NCBI GenBank assembly: GCA_051362555.1
Contig: CM120641.1
Coordinates: 35,904,401 to 35,968,400 of the forward strand
DNA: 64,000 nucleotides
Source: Lingula anatina
Taxonomy: Eukaryota > Animalia > Brachiopoda
Direction: 5' to 3'
Shown: in pieces, positions 62,901 through 64,000 of the stretch
Layout of the letters: every line of letters starts with the position of its first letter
Position numbering within the stretch: the stretch's first letter is position 1
Translations under genes and position numbers: made by a program
Notes under the pieces: model-generated
Database searches by the model: none
What the model saw: the letters and a program-made list of their open reading frames with translations, nothing else
What the model was told of the DNA's origin: nothing

Positions 62901-64000
62901 ACCACCGTTGTCAAGGAAAAGCTTGGTTGTTGTTAAGGAGCCATTTTTCACTACTTCCAGCAAAGTTCCGGACGCACCAGCTTGCCCTTGTGAAGAGCTG
63001 CCCCCATGTACAACATAGGTGCCAGTAAAAGTGTAAAGTGTGTCCACAGCCAGCAACATCCTTCCTCCACCACCACCACCACCGCCACTAGACCCACCAT
63101 TTCCTCCTATGGCTTGAAGATAGCCATTGCCAGTCATGGTACTCGTTTCAACATTTACACTGCCACCACTTCCTCCACCAGCACTACCTTCCCCAGCCAA
63201 ACCACTGGAACTGATGGTACCATCCAGCCATAGGTAGTCTGTTATGATGTGTATGACACCTCCGCCTGATCCTCCAGCATCTGCGGAACTGTTTCCGCCG
63301 CCACTTCCATACTCGGTGGCATTATATATGGACCCATATGAGCAGGTAATAGGTGAAGCTCCACTGGCACTGGTTCCACCACATCCACCATGGCTAGCTC
63401 CTAAAATGTCAATTTTATTACAATGAATGGCAAATGTAGCTTATCATAAATTGATATAAAGCCATTAAATTCATTGAGATGGAAATTATATGCAGATTTA
63501 GTATTCATAATATTTTTATTATACATATAATTATCACATTGACACAAGTAAACATTGAAGAATTTCTTTACAAACAAGCACACAAACAGACAAATAAACC
63601 TTACCTGCACCACCGGGTCCTCCAGCACCTGGGCCTTGACCACTGAGATGACCCTGACCATCAGCACTGACCAGGCCTGCTATGGTCAACATAGGGGTGG
63701 TAATCACCATAGAACCAGATTTCAGGGTTCCTCCATAATGAACCGTTATCGAGACTAAAGTTGAAAGTTGAGTTTTCATTAAGTTTTCGCTCTGGAGCTC
63801 CAGAGTTCCCCCTGGGTTCACTTCTATGATGGAAAACGTGAGGTCCCCCACCTGGGACTTTATAGTGTTCCCTTGCTGCTTAAAGCCTACCTGACCTGTA
63901 GGTTCAAACATCACATGTGAGTTGACACCAACAATCAGATCCTGGACACCAATAAGGACACCAGCCACTTTTAGGTCTGGAAGCTGACTGGATGGTTTTC
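8318..64000 (-). CDS. Giant multi-exon gene, 5'-partial (35 exons, ~38.4 kb CDS, ~12,800 aa): Gly-rich repeat / tenascin-like EGF / VWD-LamG(pentraxin-like) single-pass membrane protein
   Basis: All long ORFs are on the minus strand and join through canonical GT..AG boundaries with matching phases at all 34 introns (traced manually). Repeat motifs continue across the junctions, e.g. AAYVVGR|YTFEG, FYLDG|TISVNG, LRVWNR|YFDT, FDEGIG|NTST. Stop TGA at 8318-8320. One internal frameshift at ~37805-37812. Confidence 0.9.
16547..16769 (-). CDS. Exon 34 (cassette 5; contains RLKR|ST)
   Basis: aag acceptor, gtaaga donor, phase 1/2; reads [14 protein letters not shown]...PTWQVSDAP...RLKRSTG...[11 protein letters not shown]. 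Not in the ORF track. Confidence 0.85.
16968..17000. repeat. Imperfect (CA)n microsatellite
   Basis: Seen directly. Confidence 0.9.
17085..17182 (-). CDS. Exon 33 (LamG-like C-terminal part)
   Basis: ttcag/gtaaat boundaries; reads [32 protein letters not shown], matching the W.F.EG.G motif of the other cassettes. Confidence 0.87.
17508..18511 (-). CDS. Exon 32 (cassette 5 VWD + LamG-like)
   Basis: 323-aa ORF; acceptor ttcag at 18512, donor gtaagt at 17507; SGLCGRC and [11 protein letters not shown] motifs. Confidence 0.9.
18749..26590 (-). CDS. Exon 31 (7842 nt): VWD-LamG cassettes 1-4 and start of cassette 5
   Basis: 2585-aa ORF; VWD motifs ([40 protein letters not shown]); acceptor tttag, donor gtatag. 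Confidence 0.92.
26672..26725. repeat. (GA)n microsatellite
   Basis: Seen directly; forms a (CT)n tract on the gene strand upstream of the exon 31 acceptor. Confidence 0.95.
26931..27048 (-). CDS. Exon 30 (end of orphan beta domain)
   Basis: acag/gtaaaa, phase 2/0; reads [39 protein letters not shown]. Confidence 0.8.
27432..27735 (-). CDS. Exon 29 (orphan beta domain)
   Basis: 98-aa ORF; caag/gtaagt, phase 1/2. Confidence 0.85.
28018..28131 (-). CDS. Exon 28 (EGF-like)
   Basis: Reads [37 protein letters not shown]; phase 1/1. Confidence 0.85.
28341..28529 (-). CDS. Exon 27 (EGF-like)
   Basis: Reads [25 protein letters not shown]...; ccag/gtattg. Confidence 0.87.
28854..28988 (-). CDS. 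Exon 26 (EGF-like)
   Basis: Reads [44 protein letters not shown]; ccag/gtagga. Confidence 0.87.
29198..32462. mobile_element. Non-autonomous TIR DNA transposon (Tc1/mariner-pogo-like, TA target duplication), ~3.27 kb, in the intron between exons 25 and 26
   Basis: Left end TA|CGGTAAAGTGCCATGAATTTCGAAC, right end GTTCGAAATTCATGGCACATTACCG|TA (25-bp TIR, 1 mismatch). Repeated TGAATTTCG subterminal motifs. No transposase ORF recognised. Confidence 0.85.
32078..32152. repeat. ~39-bp direct tandem duplication inside the TIR element
   Basis: GCCAG(G/A)ATCG(T/C)TTTTGAAAAACGACACTA(G/C)TTT occurs twice. Confidence 0.85.
32525..32542. repeat. (CA)n microsatellite
   Basis: Seen directly. Confidence 0.85.
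32576..32827 (-). CDS. Exon 25 (EGF-like)
   Basis: Core of ORF 32553..32882; acag/gtagga, phase 1/1. Confidence 0.87.
32931..32991. repeat. (CA)n microsatellite
   Basis: Seen directly. Confidence 0.95.
33146..33307 (-). CDS. Exon 24 (EGF-like)
   Basis: Reads [21 protein letters not shown]...[12 protein letters not shown]; ttag/gtatga. Confidence 0.87.
33604..35403 (-). CDS. Exon 23 (1800 nt, tenascin-like EGF array)
   Basis: 577-aa ORF of CSGHG.C...C.C..GW.G..C repeats; atag/gtaagt. Confidence 0.92.
35791..35955 (-). CDS. Exon 22 (EGF-like)
   Basis: Core of ORF 35768..35971; acag/gtaatt. Confidence 0.87.
36221..36401 (-). CDS. Exon 21 (EGF-like)
   Basis: Reads [11 protein letters not shown]...CVCDREL; tcag/gtaagt. 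Confidence 0.87.
36617..36720 (-). CDS. Exon 20 (EGF-like)
   Basis: Reads [21 protein letters not shown]...CTCQT; atcag/gtgagt. Confidence 0.87.
36981..38532 (-). CDS. Exon 19 (EGF array) with apparent frameshift at ~37805-37812
   Basis: The EGF reading switches from ORF 37805..38260 (ends CDIPR*) to ORF 36808..37875 (DDVDCSGHG). The exon is 1552 nt, which is 3n+1, although both flanking introns are phase 1. Confidence 0.85.
39016..40663 (-). CDS. Exon 18 (last Gly-rich repeat with Cys-rich loops; first EGF modules)
   Basis: 547-aa ORF extended to acceptor ttcag at 40664; donor gtaaga. Confidence 0.88.
40655..40797. repeat. Tandem triplication (~46-50 bp unit) of the exon 18 splice acceptor
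   Basis: TGTGATCTGAAATAAAAAT(C/G)ATT(G/C)TCACATGAGAA occurs three times, with units starting ~40655, 40701 and 40751. Confidence 0.9.
40865..41178 (-). CDS. Exon 17 (Gly-rich repeat)
   Basis: Reads [13 protein letters not shown]...HGSPGTV...; acag/gtaagt. Confidence 0.85.
41512..41695 (-). CDS. Exon 16 (Gly-rich repeat)
   Basis: Reads [13 protein letters not shown]...GGGGSGGSA...; ttcag/gtaagt. Confidence 0.85.
42008..42141 (-). CDS. Exon 15 (Gly-rich repeat)
   Basis: Reads [44 protein letters not shown]; acag/gtaagt. Confidence 0.85.
42378..43693 (-). CDS. Exon 14 (Gly-rich repeat)
   Basis: Core of the 464-aa ORF; atcag/gttggt, phase 2/1. Confidence 0.88.
43923..48912 (-). CDS. Exon 13 (4990 nt, four Gly-rich repeats)
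   Basis: 1677-aa ORF; ttag/gtatta. Confidence 0.92.
49209..49508 (-). CDS. Exon 12 (Gly-rich repeat)
   Basis: Core of ORF 49087..49518; caag/gtaagt. Confidence 0.87.
49716..50076 (-). CDS. Exon 11 (repeat spacer)
   Basis: [14 protein letters not shown] motif; gcag/gtgggc. Confidence 0.87.
50662..51026 (-). CDS. Exon 10 (Gly-rich repeat)
   Basis: [10 protein letters not shown]...GTVYL...LYLDN...FDE; ttcag/gttagt. Confidence 0.87.
51474..51704 (-). CDS. Exon 9 (Gly-rich repeat)
   Basis: PYGSLYQP...GSSGG...[12 protein letters not shown]; gtag/gtatta. Confidence 0.86.
51987..52161 (-). CDS. Exon 8
   Basis: Reads [11 protein letters not shown]...[10 protein letters not shown]; ccag/gtaagt. 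Confidence 0.86.
52434..56368 (-). CDS. Exon 7 (3935 nt, three Gly-rich repeats)
   Basis: 1334-aa ORF; ttcag/gtaaga. Confidence 0.92.
56706..56935 (-). CDS. Exon 6
   Basis: Reads [12 protein letters not shown]...AGPGTIYI; acag/gtaagt. Confidence 0.85.
57356..58720 (+). mobile_element. Degenerate DIRS-like (tyrosine-recombinase) retrotransposon remnant: gag-like fragments plus a frameshifted YR
   Basis: Frame-broken YR peptides [40 protein letters not shown]...[47 protein letters not shown]. Upstream LTPSNCEGL...EKIW resembles DIRS gag. Boundaries are approximate. Confidence 0.82.
57900..58720 (+). pseudogene. Tyrosine recombinase pseudogene (DIRS-type)
   Basis: Catalytic-type motifs R (AQR), HSTR, GW and YY are present but split by stops and frameshifts; ORF 58202..58525 is the largest piece. 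Confidence 0.8.
58937..59117 (-). CDS. Exon 5 (Gly-rich)
   Basis: Reads [19 protein letters not shown]...[12 protein letters not shown]; ttag/gtatgg. Confidence 0.87.
59186..61081. mobile_element. Second non-autonomous TA-flanked TIR element of the same family, ~1.9 kb, in the intron between exons 4 and 5
   Basis: Left end TA|CGGTAATGTGCCAAGCATTTCGAC, right end GTCGAATTGTTTGGCATATTACCG|TA (24-bp TIR, 3 mismatches). Confidence 0.82.
61357..61558 (-). CDS. Exon 4 (Gly-rich)
   Basis: Reads [16 protein letters not shown]...[16 protein letters not shown]...FYLD; ttcag/gtttgt. Confidence 0.83.
61931..62283 (-). CDS. Exon 3
   Basis: Core of ORF 61778..62269; acag/gtgaac. Confidence 0.87.
62591..63400 (-). 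CDS. Exon 2 (Gly-rich repeat)
   Basis: ASHGGCGG...YGS..GSGGG...GGGGGGRM; ttag/gtacaa. Confidence 0.88.
63605..64000 (-). CDS. Exon 1 of the window (partial; frame open to the window edge)
   Basis: Reads [21 protein letters not shown]...[10 protein letters not shown]; donor gtaagg at 63604. Confidence 0.87.

Noticed and set aside
8371-63758. Numerous plus-strand and alternative-frame ORFs overlapping the giant gene
   Set aside because: They are shadows of Gly/Cys codon-rich coding sequence (Pro/Thr/His-rich translations) with no independent coding signal.

Overview
Eukaryotic (animal, probably invertebrate) genomic DNA with AT-rich GT-AG introns and microsatellites; it is not prokaryotic. 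Positions 8318-64000 hold the 3' portion of one giant minus-strand gene. I traced 35 exons by hand with consistent splice phases, giving about 38.4 kb of CDS (about 12,800 codons), and the 5' end runs off the window. The predicted product is a single-pass type I membrane protein. From N to C it has at least 13 copies of a ~400-aa Gly-rich repeat, roughly 50 tenascin-like EGF modules, one small orphan beta domain, nine [laminin-EGF pair-VWD-LamG/pentraxin-like-Cys-rich helical] cassettes, a TM helix, and a 119-aa tail ending in a PDZ-type motif. One exon carries an apparent frameshift at ~37805-37812. One splice acceptor is tandemly triplicated (40655-40797). The introns host two related TA-flanked TIR DNA elements (29198-32462, 59186-61081) and a decayed DIRS-like tyrosine-recombinase retroelement (~57350-58720). 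Positions 1-8317 are 3' UTR plus non-coding DNA.
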